32,000 bases of DNA from Acaryochloris marina MBIC11017 (GCF_000018105.1 NC_009925.1:2460001-2492000), one strand, 5' to 3'; shown: positions 8,361 through 17,891, counted from the first letter of the stretch. Program-made: numbers and translations. The notes: a model not told the origin generated them from the letters alone.

Positions 8361-11300
8361 TTATTGAGATATCCCTGACGGACTAGGAGCTGGATTGACC
8401 TTGGTCGATGCTGGAGGATTACTCATCGCCTTACCTGGGAAAAAACGACGATAATACACACCCGGATCAAACACTCTGGGCTCTGACTTCTGTACCTGAG
8501 TTGTGGGTGGCGCAGTATCCGTCTTCTTAGTGCTCTGGCTAGCTTGGGAAGAACTCGGTGATGGTGCAGGAGCAGTCGTCTCTTTAGGACTCAATGTCTT
8601 GGGCTGACTGGTCGGTCCTTTAGTGGAAGTTGGTGCCTTAGGACTAGATGGCTTTTGTGCCTTTTGGGTAGGAGAATTGGCCTTTACGGTCGAAGGCGCA
8701 ATGGTCTTAGGTTGCGTTGATTTCGAAGCTGAAGGAACCGTTTTTGGTGCAGTCTGTGACCGAGACTGTTCTTGCTGCCACCGACTTCGTAAGGACGAAA
8801 AGATTGAGTCTTGCTGACCTGACTGAGGTGCAGCTGGCTTGGACTCGACTGGCTTCTTAGGTTCCTTAGAAGGTTGCGACGCCTTCTGAGTAGATTGAGA
8901 GGTTGTGCGGGGAGAAACGGGTTGCTTCTGTTCAGCTTTCAGAGGGGCAGATGGTGTCGCAGGAGAAACCTTACTTTGACTCGGAGACTTCGGTGTAACC
9001 GTCGTTTGTTTAGGAGCAGTTTTTACCGGAGTGGGGTTGGTCTTCTCGGCAGGAGACATCAGTTGCTTTTGCTGCTGCCATTTCTCTCGCAAAGATGAAA
9101 ACACTGCATCTGCTTGCTGCGGTTGAGTGGGCTGAGCTGCAGCTGGTTTAGACTCAGCAGGTTTAGCTTTTACGGTCGCTTTAGCCGTAGGTTTCACCGA
9201 CTTCTGATTTGAACCTGGAGCAGTAGGTTTCTTCTGTATAGCTGGCGCTGAAGACGGACTAGGAGACTTAGATGTAGTACTGGTCGTACTAGATACCTTG
9301 GGAGAAGCAGGTTTCACAGGCGCTGGCTGAGCCTTCTCTGCAGGAGGCATCAGTTGCTTCTGCTGCTGCCATTTACCTCGCAATGATGAAAACACTGAAT
9401 CTGTTGGCTTCGGTTTAGGTGGCTGAGGTACGGCTGACTTGGGTTCCACAGCCTTAGCCTTTAAAGGGGGCTTGGCTGTCGGCTTGGCAACTGATGGTTT
9501 AGGTGTTGAACTTTGGGGCGCGGGTTGCTTAGACTCGGGCTTCACAGGTGAAGACGGCTGCGTAGGAGAGACCTTATTGGGGCTGGAAGGCGTTGGCACA
9601 GCCCCGGTTGCAGGCGCTTTCTTAGGAGCAGACTTCACAGAAGACTGAGCTTTGTCACTAGGAGACATCAGCTGTTTCTGTTGCTGCCATCGATCTCGAA
9701 AAGTAGATAAAGCCGAAGGTTGAGACTTCTCCTGAGACTCTACAGAAGGTTGAGGCTTCTCCTTCTGGGTCAGATTTTCATTCTTTGGACTGGTTGTCGA
9801 CTTGGCCGTTGATGACTTAGCTGGGGTTGGTGCCTTTTCTGGTGTTGTGCTGGGCTTGACTGACCTAGGAGGAGTTACAGATTTAGGGGAAGAACTCGAT
9901 GAACTCGGTTTCTGAACTGCTGGTGCAGCATTTTGTTGCAGCTGTTGTAATCGATCACGGAACCCAGAAAACACAGAATTATTCTGATCCCCAGGCTTTT
10001 GGGCTGGAGATTTGGGTTGGATCTGTGGTTTCTTTAGACTGCTAGCAGCAGGCTTAGGGTTCGGCTCAGCTGCCTTAGACTTCACAGCAGAAGATTTTGG
10101 CTGTTGAGTTGGTTTGGGCTGGGCAGGGGGCAACTTGGGTGGAGTTGCAGTTTGAGGCTTAGCAGGTGCTTTTTGAGCCGGAGGAGTGGCCGAATTCTTG
10201 TCTATACCAGCTTTCCCTTGAGTCGTTGAGCGAGGCTGCACAGGTTTTGAGGATGGAGTAGGCCGCTGACTAGAAGGCGAATTAAGGTTACGAGTCGGCT
10301 TGGGCTCTACTGACTTGAGAGCATCAGGTTTAGGTGCGGACCTAGATTCTTCTTGTTTAGGCTTGATGGGGCTTGGGGCCGGCTTCGACTCTATCCTTTG
10401 GGGAGGTGCTTTTTTGGCAGCAGTTGATGTTGAGGGGTTAGCAGGTTCCTGGGCAGGTCGAACCTGTTGCCAAAACTTACTAAAGGTCGTTTGCAGGGTC
10501 GACTCTTCATCTTTCCGAACAGCTTTAGGTTGCTCAGGCTGGTTCGAAGGTGCGATTTCCTTATCTTTGGTAGATTCTGCATCTGGCGTTTTTGCCGCTG
10601 GTGCTGGAGATATTTTAGACGCTTCTGATTTAGGAACTGCAGTTTTAGCAGTTGATTTAGAAGTATCATCTACCTTCGACGGTGTAGGTTTCTCTAGCGA
10701 TTTCGGCGCTATTTTCTCGCGACTAGGAGGCTTGTCAGCTGGCTTCGGTTGAGACTGTTTGAGAGTAGAGGGCGGTGCAGCTTTCTGAATCGGCTCTGGT
10801 GCCAAAGGCGTCTTCTCAATTTTGGCACCAGAGGCGGGTAGCTTCGTCGAAGCAGGTGCAGATGATTTATCAGGCTTTGTTTCTTTAGTTTTAGTCGGGG
10901 CAGCTTGCTTGATGGACCCACTGGTAGAGGGTGTTGAGGACCTTGCCTTTTCTTGAGTCTGCTCGGCAGGCTTTTGATCTGTCTGAGCTGGAGCCGTTGA
11001 TTTCACTGGTTTATCGGGCTGCTTCCGGATCTCTGGTGACTTTGTCTCCGTTGACTTAGGTGGTGGAGCAACTGATTTCGTAGGAGCAGGCTTCGGTACA
11101 GGTGCGGTCGGTGCCTTCGGCTTTGGCGTTGCAACAGGCTGCTTCAACACTGGTGCCGGAACAGGTTCAGCTTTGGGTGTCTCTGCTGGCTTAGGGGCTT
11201 CAGGGGCAGGGGTGACAACTGGAGCAGGGCTAGGTTGTGCTGGCTTAACAGGAGGTTGAGGCCGCTTGTAGTTTTTATCAACTATCCCACCTGCATCTAG

Positions 11301-12158
11301 GGCCGATAAATCACCTCTAATAATCTGAGAGAGCGTATCGTTACTATTTTCTTTGAGCTCAACAATTCGAATGGTGTCATTAAAGGCATTCTCTATTTTG
11401 CGACCTTGCCGATCCGTTAACTGCATCTGTACCCAGTTCTTACCCGCTTTTAGACCTTGAACATAAAGCGGTTGCCATTCATCAATCCGAAATTTAGAAC
11501 CATTGACAGACACTTGAGCTTTCCAATTGCCTGAATTAGAACCTGTTTCAGGTACATTACTCAAGAAAAAATCAATCAGTACAGTATCTGTCCCAAAGAC
11601 ACCTTGAGGTTGCCCATAGGTCAGTAATGGTTTATCTGCGGATGGATTATTCTCTTCAGTCTTGGTAAACACATGAAATGTTGCTTGGGCAAAAGCATCG
11701 GAATTCTTGAAGCTTTCCGACCAAGGACGAGTGGCCACTGCCCGAATCGTATGAGTTCCTGGCGCCAAGTCTTTAAAAACGATAGGTTGAGCCAAGTCAT
11801 ACACTTCTTGAGCGGGCTGATTATCTAAGAGCACATTGAGGTGAGGTCCCAGACCAAGCTTTGCATCCTTAAATAGAGGTAAATCTTTTACATCGAAACG
11901 CACCGAAACTGAATCATCTTTGAGTAGCTGATCATCAGCAGGACTCAGAATCTTCACCTGAGGCTGATACCGATCCATCTTTGATCGGAGCTTTTGAATC
12001 GTTTCAGGAGGCGAAACTTCAACAATATCGGTGACTTGTGAGAATTGGCGGGACGGTGCTGACAAAGCAGGGGGAGTAATGGATAAGCTGATCCCCGCAA
12101 CTAAGCATATAAGCGTGAAACTACCCAGCCACCCGACTATTGTCTGCCGACATCGCAT
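8361..12158 (-). CDS. Secreted or envelope protein (1265 aa). A signal peptide and an N-terminal folded region of about 260 aa are followed by a Pro/Ser/Thr/Lys/Ala-rich low-complexity region of about 950 aa.
   Basis: ATG start. The signal-like N-terminus is MRCRQTIVGWLGSFTLICLVAGISLSITPPALSA. One uninterrupted 3.8-kb frame. All opposite-strand ORFs inside it are compositional shadows. Confidence 0.85.
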   Translation of the reverse strand: MRCRQTIVGWLGSFTLICLVAGISLSITPPALSAPSRQFSQVTDIVEVSPPETIQKLRSKMDRYQPQVKILSPADDQLLKDDSVSVRFDVKDLPLFKDAKLGLGPHLNVLLDNQPAQEVYDLAQPIVFKDLAPGTHTIRAVATRPWSESFKNSDAFAQATFHVFTKTEENNPSADKPLLTYGQPQGVFGTDTVLIDFFLSNVPETGSNSGNWKAQVSVNGSKFRIDEWQPLYVQGLKAGKNWVQMQLTDRQGRKIENAFNDTIRIVELKENSNDTLSQIIRGDLSALDAGGIVDKNYKRPQPPVKPAQPSPAPVVTPAPEAPKPAETPKAEPVPAPVLKQPVATPKPKAPTAPVPKPAPTKSVAPPPKSTETKSPEIRKQPDKPVKSTAPAQTDQKPAEQTQEKARSSTPSTSGSIKQAAPTKTKETKPDKSSAPASTKLPASGAKIEKTPLAPEPIQKAAPPSTLKQSQPKPADKPPSREKIAPKSLEKPTPSKVDDTSKSTAKTAVPKSEASKISPAPAAKTPDAESTKDKEIAPSNQPEQPKAVRKDEESTLQTTFSKFWQQVRPAQEPANPSTSTAAKKAPPQRIESKPAPSPIKPKQEESRSAPKPDALKSVEPKPTRNLNSPSSQRPTPSSKPVQPRSTTQGKAGIDKNSATPPAQKAPAKPQTATPPKLPPAQPKPTQQPKSSAVKSKAAEPNPKPAASSLKKPQIQPKSPAQKPGDQNNSVFSGFRDRLQQLQQNAAPAVQKPSSSSSSPKSVTPPRSVKPSTTPEKAPTPAKSSTAKSTTSPKNENLTQKEKPQPSVESQEKSQPSALSTFRDRWQQQKQLMSPSDKAQSSVKSAPKKAPATGAVPTPSSPNKVSPTQPSSPVKPESKQPAPQSSTPKPSVAKPTAKPPLKAKAVEPKSAVPQPPKPKPTDSVFSSLRGKWQQQKQLMPPAEKAQPAPVKPASPKVSSTTSTTSKSPSPSSAPAIQKKPTAPGSNQKSVKPTAKATVKAKPAESKPAAAQPTQPQQADAVFSSLREKWQQQKQLMSPAEKTNPTPVKTAPKQTTVTPKSPSQSKVSPATPSAPLKAEQKQPVSPRTTSQSTQKASQPSKEPKKPVESKPAAPQSGQQDSIFSSLRSRWQQEQSRSQTAPKTVPSASKSTQPKTIAPSTVKANSPTQKAQKPSSPKAPTSTKGPTSQPKTLSPKETTAPAPSPSSSQASQSTKKTDTAPPTTQVQKSEPRVFDPGVYYRRFFPGKAMSNPPASTKVNPAPSPSGISQ
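8766..8810 (-). repeat. Copy 6 of the intragenic motif (DSIFSSLRSRWQQEQ)
   Basis: Translated in the frame of the 8361..12158 CDS. Confidence 0.8.
9057..9110 (-). repeat. Copy 5 of the intragenic motif (DAVFSSLREKWQQQKQLM)
   Basis: Translated in frame. The DNA is nearly identical to copy 4. Confidence 0.85.
9348..9401 (-). repeat. Copy 4 of the intragenic motif (DSVFSSLRGKWQQQKQLM)
   Basis: Translated in frame. Confidence 0.85.
9666..9716 (-). repeat. Copy 3 of the intragenic motif (SALSTFRDRWQQQKQLM)
   Basis: Translated in frame. Confidence 0.8.
9933..9980 (-). repeat. Copy 2 of the intragenic motif, degenerate (NSVFSGFRDRLQQLQQ)
   Basis: Translated in frame. Leu replaces the Trp. Confidence 0.6.
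10464..10499 (-). repeat. Copy 1 of the intragenic motif, degenerate (TLQTTFSKFWQQ)
   Basis: Translated in frame. Confidence 0.5.
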
Positions 12159-12883
12159 ACTAAATACCTAGAAATACTTATTTATAGTGATTGTGAAAAT
12201 CTTTCTCTAGGGGAACTATACCGGAAAAGCCTCGCACTAATTGATGAAATATGAAGCTTGCCCCCTGTCAACGATTCATGAGAATCCATAAACAAAATAA
12301 TAAGAATTTCTTATGATTCATTCTTGGCAAATTCTAAGGATAGATATCTTTTGGGTCTATGTATCGACTTCTTTCAATGGCGTGCATCGACCAGTCAGAA
12401 GTCTCAGAAAACACCTAAAAACATTAGAATTCAGAGTTCTGAGGGAGCTGCAGTACGACCCACCAATCAGAGATTTTCCAGCAAACAAGGACAAATACGT
12501 AAATATTTATTACGCATTCTGAATATTTATAACCATATGAGTCTTTTTACTCATCTTTGATCATGCGATCCCTGCCAATCCTAAGCACCTTAATTATTGT
12601 TAATTACCGAAAAAAGTACAGTCAGGCTTCTATAATTCACAATTGAGAACTCCATTCCAGATGGCTTTCTACTGCTGCTTCAGCACTCTGTCATTTAAAG
12701 AGATTTGTCTGTTGCTAGCGAAATGTAAACCTAAGGTGGCGGTTTTATTAAAAAAGCTTTGAAGTATTTACGCTTTAAGCGATTTTGCTGATTTATATGT
12801 ATTTTCTGCATAGCATCAGCGCCATTCTCTTAGGAATGACACTGCTATCTGGTGAGGATGCTCATTCCTTGCTTGTCCAAAGA

Positions 12884-12889
12884 GAGGAG
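12884..12889 (+). promoter_or_regulatory. Shine-Dalgarno sequence of psaA (GAGGAG)
   Basis: Lies 7 nt upstream of the ATG at 12897. Confidence 0.7.
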
Positions 12890-12896
12890 AGTCTCA

Positions 12897-15158
12897 ATGA
12901 CAACTAGCCCAGGTGGGCCAGAGACAAAAGGCAGAACAGCTGAAGTTGACATCAACCCAGTTAGCGCTTCTTTAGAAGTCGCGGGTAAGCCGGGTCACTT
13001 TAATAAAAGTCTGTCGAAAGGTCCCCAAACCACCACTTGGATTTGGAACCTACATGCTCTAGCCCATGATTTTGATACACAAACAAACGACCTAGAAGAA
13101 ATTTCCCGCAAAATTTTCAGTGCCCATTTTGGACACTTATCCATCATTTTTGTATGGATCAGCGGGATGATCTTCCATGCTGCTCGTTTTTCTAACTACT
13201 ACGCTTGGTTAGCCGATCCGCTCGGCAACAAACCCAGTGCTCACGTAGTTTGGCCCATTGTTGGCCAAGATATTTTAAATGCAGATGTTGGTAATGGATT
13301 CCGCGGAGTCCAAATTACCTCTGGCCTTTTCCATATTTTACGCGGGGCTGGAATGACTGACCCCGGTGAACTTTATTCAGCAGCCATTGGTGCCCTTGTT
13401 GCAGCGGTTGTAATGATGTACGCCGGGTATTATCACTACCACAAGAAAGCACCTAAATTGGAGTGGTTCCAAAACGCCGAATCAACGATGACCCACCATC
13501 TCATCGTTCTTTTAGGGCTTGGGAACCTTGCCTGGACAGGTCACCTTATCCATGTTTCTCTGCCAGTCAATAAGCTTCTTGATTCTGGTGTAGCCCCACA
13601 AGATATACCAATCCCCCATGAATTTCTTTTTGATAATGGATTTATGGCGGATTTATATCCCAGCTTTGCTCAGGGATTAATGCCTTACTTCACCCTAAAT
13701 TGGGGTGCTTATTCTGACTTCCTTACCTTCAAAGGAGGGCTTGACCCAACAACGGGTGGCCTATGGATGACAGATATAGCCCATCACCATTTGGCATTGG
13801 CAGTAATGTACATCATTGCTGGTCATATGTACCGAACCAACTGGGGTATTGGGCACAGTATGAAGGAAATCATGGAATCTCATAAAGGTCCCTTTACTGG
13901 CGAAGGCCATAAAGGTCTATATGAGGTGCTGACAACTTCTTGGCATGCCCAGCTAGCAATTAACCTAGCCACATGGGGTTCTTTCAGCATCATTGTTGCC
14001 CACCACATGTACGCAATGCCTCCTTATCCTTACTTGGCAACAGATTACGGCACGCAGCTGAATCTGTTCGTCCATCATATGTGGATTGGAGGTTTCTTGA
14101 TTGTTGGTGGTGCTGCCCACGCAGCTATTTTCATGGTTCGGGATTACGATCCAGCTGTGAACCAAAACAATGTTCTTGATCGGATGCTTCGTCACCGAGA
14201 TACGATCATTTCCCATCTAAACTGGGTCTGTATTTTCCTTGGGTTCCATTCTTTTGGCTTGTATATCCATAACGACAATATGCGTTCTTTGGGTCGGCCT
14301 CAAGATATGTTCTCCGACACTGCTATCCAACTGCAACCTATTTTTTCTCAATGGGTTCAGAACTTACAAGCAAACGTTGCTGGAACAATTCGGGCTCCCT
14401 TGGCAGAAGGTGCATCAAGCTTAGCTTGGGGTGGCGATCCTTTGTTTGTTGGCGGAAAAGTTGCAATGCAACATGTTTCCTTAGGAACCGCCGATTTCAT
14501 GATCCACCACATTCACGCCTTCCAGATTCACGTTACTGTTCTCATCCTAATCAAGGGTGTTCTCTACGCTCGTAGCTCTCGTCTAATTCCAGACAAAGCT
14601 AACTTGGGCTTCAGATTCCCTTGCGACGGACCAGGTCGGGGTGGTACTTGCCAATCTTCTGGTTGGGACCATATCTTCTTGGGTCTGTTCTGGATGTACA
14701 ACTGCATCTCAATTGTCAATTTCCACTTCTTCTGGAAAATGCAGTCGGATGTTTGGGGTGCCGCAAATGCTAATGGCGGCGTTAATTACCTAACAGCTGG
14801 CAACTGGGCACAGTCTTCAATCACTATTAATGGTTGGTTGCGAGATTTCTTATGGGCCCAATCGGTTCAGGTGATTAACTCCTATGGTTCTGCCCTATCT
14901 GCCTACGGAATTTTATTCCTAGGTGCCCACTTCATCTGGGCTTTCAGCCTGATGTTCTTGTTCAGTGGTCGTGGCTATTGGCAAGAGCTGATCGAGTCTA
15001 TTGTTTGGGCTCACAGCAAACTAAAGATTGCTCCAGCCATTCAGCCACGCGCTATGAGTATTACTCAAGGTCGTGCAGTTGGACTGGGCCATTACCTCCT
15101 AGGTGGAATTGTGACCTCTTGGTCATTCTACCTAGCTCGAATTCTCGCATTAGGATAG
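12897..15158 (+). CDS. psaA: Photosystem I P700 chlorophyll a apoprotein A1 (PsaA), 753 aa
   Basis: Unmistakable PsaA sequence: [16 protein letters not shown], the [12 protein letters not shown] Fx motif, and [27 protein letters not shown] start at the ATG at 12897 (MTTSPGG) with an SD sequence, not at the GTG at 12852 given by the ORF track. Confidence 0.97.
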   Translation: MTTSPGGPETKGRTAEVDINPVSASLEVAGKPGHFNKSLSKGPQTTTWIWNLHALAHDFDTQTNDLEEISRKIFSAHFGHLSIIFVWISGMIFHAARFSNYYAWLADPLGNKPSAHVVWPIVGQDILNADVGNGFRGVQITSGLFHILRGAGMTDPGELYSAAIGALVAAVVMMYAGYYHYHKKAPKLEWFQNAESTMTHHLIVLLGLGNLAWTGHLIHVSLPVNKLLDSGVAPQDIPIPHEFLFDNGFMADLYPSFAQGLMPYFTLNWGAYSDFLTFKGGLDPTTGGLWMTDIAHHHLALAVMYIIAGHMYRTNWGIGHSMKEIMESHKGPFTGEGHKGLYEVLTTSWHAQLAINLATWGSFSIIVAHHMYAMPPYPYLATDYGTQLNLFVHHMWIGGFLIVGGAAHAAIFMVRDYDPAVNQNNVLDRMLRHRDTIISHLNWVCIFLGFHSFGLYIHNDNMRSLGRPQDMFSDTAIQLQPIFSQWVQNLQANVAGTIRAPLAEGASSLAWGGDPLFVGGKVAMQHVSLGTADFMIHHIHAFQIHVTVLILIKGVLYARSSRLIPDKANLGFRFPCDGPGRGGTCQSSGWDHIFLGLFWMYNCISIVNFHFFWKMQSDVWGAANANGGVNYLTAGNWAQSSITINGWLRDFLWAQSVQVINSYGSALSAYGILFLGAHFIWAFSLMFLFSGRGYWQELIESIVWAHSKLKIAPAIQPRAMSITQGRAVGLGHYLLGGIVTSWSFYLARILALG

Positions 15159-15160
15159 GC

Positions 15161-15167
15161 AAGGAGG
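15161..15167 (+). promoter_or_regulatory. Shine-Dalgarno sequence of psaB (AAGGAGG)
   Basis: Lies 13 nt upstream of the ATG at 15181, within the 22-bp psaA-psaB spacer. Confidence 0.75.
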
Positions 15168-15180
15168 ACACTAAAAACTT

Positions 15181-17391
15181 ATGGCTACTAAATTTCCTAG
15201 TTTTAGCCAAGACCTTGCCCAAGATCCAACAACACGTCGGATCTGGTACGGAATTGCCACAGTTCATGATTTTGAGACTCATGACGGAATGACGGAGGAA
15301 AATCTTTATCAAAAGATTTTCGCGACTCACTTCGGTCATCTCTCTATTATCTTTCTATGGTCTGCTGGCCATCTTTTCCATGTCGCCTGGCAAGGCAACT
15401 TTGAACAGTGGATCCAAGATCCACTAACCATCCGTCCCATCGCCCATGCGATTTGGGACCCCCATTTGGGTGATGCTGCAACTCAGGCGTTCACCCAAGC
15501 TGGCGCTTCTGGTCCAGTTGACCTTTGTTATTCTGGCCTCTACCAATGGTGGTACACCATTGGTATGCGTACCAATGGTGATTTATACATTGGTTCTGTT
15601 TTCTTGATGATTGTCGCTGCAGTCATGTTGTTTGCAGGTTGGCTTCATCTACAACCCAAATTTCGACCCAGCTTAGCCTGGTTTAGAGATGCTGAATCCC
15701 AAATGAACCACCACTTGGCAGTTCTATTTGGTGCTAGCTCTTTGGGCTGGACAGGCCACTTAATCCACGTTGCTATTCCCGAAGCTCGGGGTCAGCACGT
15801 AGGTTGGGATAACTTTCTGTCAACCATGCCTCACCCTGCTGGTTTAGCGCCTTTCTTTACTGGGCGTTGGGGAGTTTATGCTCAAAACCCTGATACTGCT
15901 GGTCATATTTTTGGAACTAGCGAAGGTGCTGGAACTGCGATTATTACCTTTATTGGCGGTTTCCATCCCCAAACTGAAGCATTGTGGCTAACTGATATTG
16001 CCCACCACCATCTGGCTATTGCTGTGATGTACATCATTGCTGGCCATATGTATCGAACTCAGTTCGGTATTGGGCATAGTATGAAAGAGATCCTAGAAGC
16101 ACACACCCCTCCCAGCGGGATGTTGGGTGATGCGCACAAGGGCCTTTATGACACTTACAATGAATCTCTACATTTCCAGTTAGGTTTCCACCTAGCTGCA
16201 TTAGGTGTAATCACTTCTGTGGTTGCCCAACATATGTATTCATTGCCGTCATACGCTTTCATCTCTCAAGACCATGTCACACAAGCTGCGCTTTACACAC
16301 ATCACCAATATATTGCTGGAATTCTAGCAATTGGTGCTTTTGCGCATGGTGGTATCTTCTTTGTCCGAGATTACGATCCAGAACGTAACAAGAACAACGT
16401 TCTTGCTCGTGCTCTTGAGCATAAAGAGGCGATTATCTCCCACCTATCTTGGGTATCCATGTTCAGTGGTTTCCATACCCTTGGTGTTTATGTTCATAAC
16501 GACACCGTGGTAGCTTTTGGTACTCCTGAGAAGCAAATTTTGGTTGAGCCAATCTTTGCGCAATGGATTCAGGCAGCTCATGGCAAACTGCTCTTAGGAT
16601 TTGAAACACTGCTTTCAAATCCTAATGGATTGGCTTATAACCCTCCTAACATTTCTCCTGATGTATTTGTTCCTGGATGGGTTGAAGCAATGAACAACCC
16701 TGTTATCGGGCCGTTTATGTCTCAAGGGCCTGGTGACTTCTTGGTTCATCATGGTATTGCCTTCAGTTTGCATGTCACCGTCTTAATCTGTGTCAAGGGT
16801 TGTTTGGATGCCCGTGGTTCTAAACTGATGCCTGACAAGAAAGACTTTGGTTATAGCTTCCCTTGTGATGGCCCCGGACGTGGCGGTACTTGTGATATCT
16901 CTGCTTGGGATTCCTTCTACCTTGCCTTCTTCTGGATGCTCAACACAATTGGTTGGATTGTCTTCTACTTCAACTGGAAGCATTTGGCTATCTGGTCTGG
17001 TAACGAAGCTCAGTTCAATACCAACTCTACTTATCTAATGGGTTGGCTGCGAGACTACCTTTGGGGATACTCAGCTCAATTGATTAACGGTTACACACCA
17101 TTTGGTGTAAATAGCCTGTCAGTTTGGGCTTGGATTTTCCTCTTAGGCCACCTCTGCTGGGCGACTGGCTTCTTGTTCTTGATCTCCTGGAGAGGTTACT
17201 GGCAAGAGCTGATTGAGACTCTCGTTTGGGCTCACCAGCGTACTCCCCTCGCCAACTTAGTGACATGGAAAGACAAGCCTGTTGCTCTCTCTATCGTTCA
17301 AGGTCGCTTGGTGGGTTTAGTCCACTTTGCGGTTGGCTATTATGTGACCTACGCGGCTTTTGTGATTGGTGCAACAGCTCCTCTCGGCTAA
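15181..17391 (+). CDS. psaB: Photosystem I P700 chlorophyll a apoprotein A2 (PsaB), 736 aa
   Basis: Contains [45 protein letters not shown] and [18 protein letters not shown]. It follows psaA directly, as in all cyanobacteria. Confidence 0.97.
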   Translation: MATKFPSFSQDLAQDPTTRRIWYGIATVHDFETHDGMTEENLYQKIFATHFGHLSIIFLWSAGHLFHVAWQGNFEQWIQDPLTIRPIAHAIWDPHLGDAATQAFTQAGASGPVDLCYSGLYQWWYTIGMRTNGDLYIGSVFLMIVAAVMLFAGWLHLQPKFRPSLAWFRDAESQMNHHLAVLFGASSLGWTGHLIHVAIPEARGQHVGWDNFLSTMPHPAGLAPFFTGRWGVYAQNPDTAGHIFGTSEGAGTAIITFIGGFHPQTEALWLTDIAHHHLAIAVMYIIAGHMYRTQFGIGHSMKEILEAHTPPSGMLGDAHKGLYDTYNESLHFQLGFHLAALGVITSVVAQHMYSLPSYAFISQDHVTQAALYTHHQYIAGILAIGAFAHGGIFFVRDYDPERNKNNVLARALEHKEAIISHLSWVSMFSGFHTLGVYVHNDTVVAFGTPEKQILVEPIFAQWIQAAHGKLLLGFETLLSNPNGLAYNPPNISPDVFVPGWVEAMNNPVIGPFMSQGPGDFLVHHGIAFSLHVTVLICVKGCLDARGSKLMPDKKDFGYSFPCDGPGRGGTCDISAWDSFYLAFFWMLNTIGWIVFYFNWKHLAIWSGNEAQFNTNSTYLMGWLRDYLWGYSAQLINGYTPFGVNSLSVWAWIFLLGHLCWATGFLFLISWRGYWQELIETLVWAHQRTPLANLVTWKDKPVALSIVQGRLVGLVHFAVGYYVTYAAFVIGATAPLG

Positions 17392-17428
17392 AGAACTGCT
17401 AGCATATAGCTACGATAAATAGATTAAT

Positions 17429-17463
17429 CCCCCCTCAACATAGTGTTGAGGGGGGTTTCGATT
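17429..17463 (+). terminator. Rho-independent terminator of the psaAB operon
   Basis: Perfect 12-bp stem, CCCCCCTCAACA (17429-17440) pairing with TGTTGAGGGGGG (17444-17455), with a 3-nt loop and a following TTTCGATT. It lies 38 bp after the psaB stop codon. Confidence 0.85.
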
Positions 17464-17600
17464 GAAGGGAAAACGCTTATGGGATCATCGCAGACCAGTT
17501 GAAGGCTACGGTTTGAATTGTGAATAGCAGCTAACGCAAACTACAATTCTTGATAGACCAGCAAGCTATCAAATCTACCAATCCTATAGCATTGAAAATG

Positions 17601-17891
17601 CTAGGTGGATTGAGTCGAATCTTCTGATACACCAAAACTAGCAAGGGCTAGCCCAGCGATTAGAAAGTCGAGAGCTGCTGAACCCAATAACCCAACAATG
17701 GATTGCAAAGCTGAATATTTTTCGGTGTAAATATAGAGGCCGATGTTGGCGACGCCAAATAGAAACCAAGTCAGCCAACTAACCCCTTGGGTTGATCGAT
17801 CCTTGAAGATGGTGGCCAGCTGAATAATCGTAGCAGCGGGAATAATAACGGCGGGTAGCCATCCAGCTAATTTAATTAAGGTGGGTGACAT
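17601..17891 (-). CDS. Small three-helix membrane protein (96 aa), possibly of the PQ-loop/SemiSWEET family
   Basis: Three hydrophobic segments. TIIQLATIFKDRSTQGVSWLTW resembles the PQ-loop motif (xPQxxxxxxTKxxxGxS), but the Pro is absent. It starts 5 bp after the stop of the upstream DM13 gene. Confidence 0.6.
   Translation of the reverse strand: MSPTLIKLAGWLPAVIIPAATIIQLATIFKDRSTQGVSWLTWFLFGVANIGLYIYTEKYSALQSIVGLLGSAALDFLIAGLALASFGVSEDSTQST

Noticed and set aside
8700-10520. An approximately 300-bp periodic DNA repeat that might suggest a CRISPR-like or satellite array
   Set aside because: The periodic elements lie in one continuous 3.8-kb reading frame and translate to a conserved peptide motif. 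The spacers are coding low-complexity sequence. There are no short identical direct repeats of CRISPR type.
8623-10921. Opposite-strand and off-frame ORFs inside the Pro-rich gene (for example 10300..10752, 10391..10669, 10709..10921)
   Set aside because: They are Gly/Leu/Phe-rich mirror translations of a compositionally biased coding strand and have no start-site signals.
12313-12560. 69-aa and 78-aa ORFs in the AT-rich region upstream of psaA
   Set aside because: The two overlap in different frames. Their composition is AT-driven (rich in K, I, F, N and Y). Neither has a Shine-Dalgarno sequence. They are most likely chance ORFs in a promoter or leader region.
12852-12896. N-terminal extension of psaA from GTG 12852 ([15 protein letters not shown]), as given by the ORF track
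   Set aside because: The extension has no counterpart in known PsaA proteins. The ATG at 12897 is preceded by a GAGGAG Shine-Dalgarno sequence and yields the canonical MTxSP N-terminus.
12852-17391. The psaAB pair as part of a far-red light photoacclimation (FaRLiP) gene cluster
   Set aside because: None of the genes that accompany the FaRLiP psaA2/psaB2 paralogues (rfpABC, apc paralogues, psbA/B/C/D paralogues, psaL/I/F/J paralogues) is adjacent. The operon sits among unrelated housekeeping genes. This cannot be fully excluded without the rest of the genome.
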